Origin: Lama guanicoe
Lineage: Eukaryota
NCBI GenBank assembly: GCA_013239625.1
Contig: MU056050.1
Coordinates: 6,773,838-6,837,837, forward strand
Direction: 5' to 3'
DNA: 64,000 nucleotides
The number at the start of each line of letters is the position of its first letter. Positions within the stretch are counted from its first letter, which is position 1. Under the pieces are notes generated by a model. That model saw only the letters and a program-made list of their open reading frames with translations. It made no database searches and had not been told where the DNA came from. Made by a program: the position numbers and the translations under genes. Below are positions 61,678 to 64,000 of the stretch, in pieces.

Positions 61678-64000
61678 AAATGTTCATTTTGAGATGATCC
61701 CTGTTTTCCAACCAGGGCTTGGCAGTCCAGTATTTAAATACTCAGACCCTCCCTGTACTCTGACCCAGTCACACCCATCTGTAGAACCAGCCAGGCAGGG
61801 GAACGTCATCACTGGCCTGAGCTGTGTGTCTCTGTGTGTGGTTTTGTGTACGTGTGTCTGTGCCACCAGAAATTCCCTGATAAGATGGGAAAGAGGCCAG
61901 AAGCAGTCGTCTTTCACCTCCAGGCCCAGCAGGACTTTCCCTCTGACCAGAGAGCAAGGCACTGGGATCGAGTCCCAACAACTGCTAGGGCAGCAAGGGT
62001 GGCCGGCTTTAGGTGGAGTCAGGGAAGGACAGAGGGGATACTGCGGCAGCCAAGCTTGAGAGGAGTGGGAAAGGGAAGGGGTAGTGGTGGAAGGGAGGGG
62101 AGGGTTCTTTTGTACTAACGGGTCTCTAGAGAAGCTGCTGGTTTTCCTTCAAGGAAGCAGCCTGCAGTAGGTCACTGTGGGTTCCCCACCCCCATCCCTT
62201 TCTGCTTTAAGCCTCTTGTCTCCAAAACAGGCTCTGTTGATTAGAACAACAAAGTCACATATGTTGACCTCATCCTCCACTAAGAGGCTTATTCTGATCC
62301 CTTTCCAATCAAACACACTTCCTTCCCTCAGGTCTATCTCTCTAGCCAAAGTATGAGGACATCTCTTGCCGTGCCTTACCAATGGCCAGAGGCCAGTACC
62401 ATCATGACATGGTACCGAGGTGCCATCAGGTATCGGTTGTAAAATGGCAAAGAAAAGCGAGGTTGAAGTCAAATGGGTGGGCTCCAAATGCTGGATATTT
62501 TGGCAGAGCCCCAGCTTTGCAGGGCGTTACTAGCCCTGCACTGTGCTGTGGCCCAATCACAGGCCAGCTATCGAGGGCCAAAGCTCAGCTGGCACTGCTC
62601 ATCTGAACAGTTAGAAATTGTTCCTTGTGATCCTTGGGGACCCAGACAGATTAAATGCATCCTGGGTTAAGTGGCAAGTTGCAGCAGTGAGGGAAGTGAT
62701 GGGGGTCTGATAACCTGGATAAGAGAGAACAGAGGCTGCAAGGCAGAGACTCATTTCTACAGTAAGCATCGCCCCACCAAGCAACCATGGACCTGGTCAG
62801 CACTTTGCTAGGGTTTTGAGGGGAGGGGCACGTTGCCCCATCCTGAGGAAAAAAGCCTCTGATCTGGGAGAGCTTACAATTAATTTAGGGAGCAAACACT
62901 AATAATGCGGAGAATTAAAGAACAATCAAGTTCAAAGGCAGTAAGTGTAATTGGAGTTCAGAGGTGAAATCATGCACAGGCACTAGTCCAACTGGTAACA
63001 CGTCACCACAGTGGGATTTCATTCGGGCCTTGAAAGATGAGCAGGATTTGGATCTGTAGAAGGGAATAGCGATGGTGTTCCAGATGTGAAGAGCACAAAC
63101 AAGTTTATAGGTGACAATAAACCACACGTGTATGTGCAGATGCACACATGCACATGACATCACAGGAAAGGAGGCCCACAGGGCACAGGGGGTTGAGGTC
63201 AGGAACACTATGGAAGGCTTTGGACTTGATGTGGCTGTTGATAGCGAGTCCATGTACATTCTTCAACAGGGGGTGAGGTGGGGGGACATGGACCGAGTGA
63301 TGCTTTCAGAAGTGGTCAACTAAGGATGGGCGCGCTGGTTAATCTCCATTCTTGGTGTATCCGCAGTGCTTTGTGTGTCTTCCTATGGACATATCCGACT
63401 GTATTATACTTCTGCGCTCACATGTCTGCTTTCCTCACTGGCACCAGGAGCTCCTTAGAAGAAGTGGCCATGTTTTCTCCATCTTCCTATTCTGCCATCT
63501 ACCTGGCTCATAGTAAGCACTCAATGAATACTGATTAGATGAAGAGATCATTTCATTTTAATTCACTGAATTATTAACAACATTCCATAAAGAATGACAG
63601 CCGTCAAAGAATTAGACTAAATTGCACATAACAAGGCGAGTCATAATTTGATCTTTTTAAAAATTTGTGAAACGCTTCAGGATCTTGTGGTGTATTACTG
63701 TATAAGTCCCATTTCACATGCTACTAGATGAGCTTTCTACCTACAGATTGAGATATGCCAGGCATCAGATCCTATTTCACTAAACCTGTATACATTTAGT
63801 AAGAACCTGTTCTGGTGCAGCTAGTTCTCAAAGTGGACATCTGTCCTGTTCTAGTGTTCAGAAGAGATTTCATTGTAGCTGCAACTCCCTTTAAACAAAC
63901 TCAAGATTGAAAACAAAATCCAGCCTGGTAATAATTTTCTCTTTACAAAAAGATTCATAATGGACACTTGAAAGTAGGAAAAATTTCCTCTTAATTGAAG

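Overview
Mammalian genomic DNA, not prokaryotic. The short tRNA-derived SINEs suggest an artiodactyl, probably a camelid. The window matches the X-linked BCORL1-ELF4 locus. The + strand carries the last three coding exons of BCORL1 (end of the linker plus the C-terminal PUFD domain; stop at 6661-6663) and its 3'UTR. The - strand carries a complete ELF4 (MEF, ETS family) gene. I reconstructed 8 coding exons from ATG 25739 to stop 16029; all have GT-AG boundaries and sum to 1989 nt (662 aa). ELF4 also has two candidate non-coding first exons in a CpG island around 50.3-50.7 kb next to a 130-N gap, and a poly(A) signal at 14270-14275. The rest is intronic or intergenic: L1, L2, MIR, hAT and Tigger DNA-transposon relics, SINEs, a solo LTR, and two orphan CpG islands carrying CTCF-like motifs. 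Most notable: (1) a miR-124 site in the ELF4 3'UTR that pairs with both the seed and the whole 3' end of the miRNA, 5 nt before the poly(A) signal (TDMD-trigger-like); (2) a TSD-flanked, tailless 5'-half tRNA-Lys(CTT) retrocopy; (3) a multi-layer nested transposon cluster; (4) a perfect 292-bp-period tandem duplication that is probably an assembly artefact. I see no evidence for a novel protein-coding system, and nearly all ORFs in the supplied track are spurious. All gene, repeat-family and miRNA identifications come from recalled sequences, not database searches.
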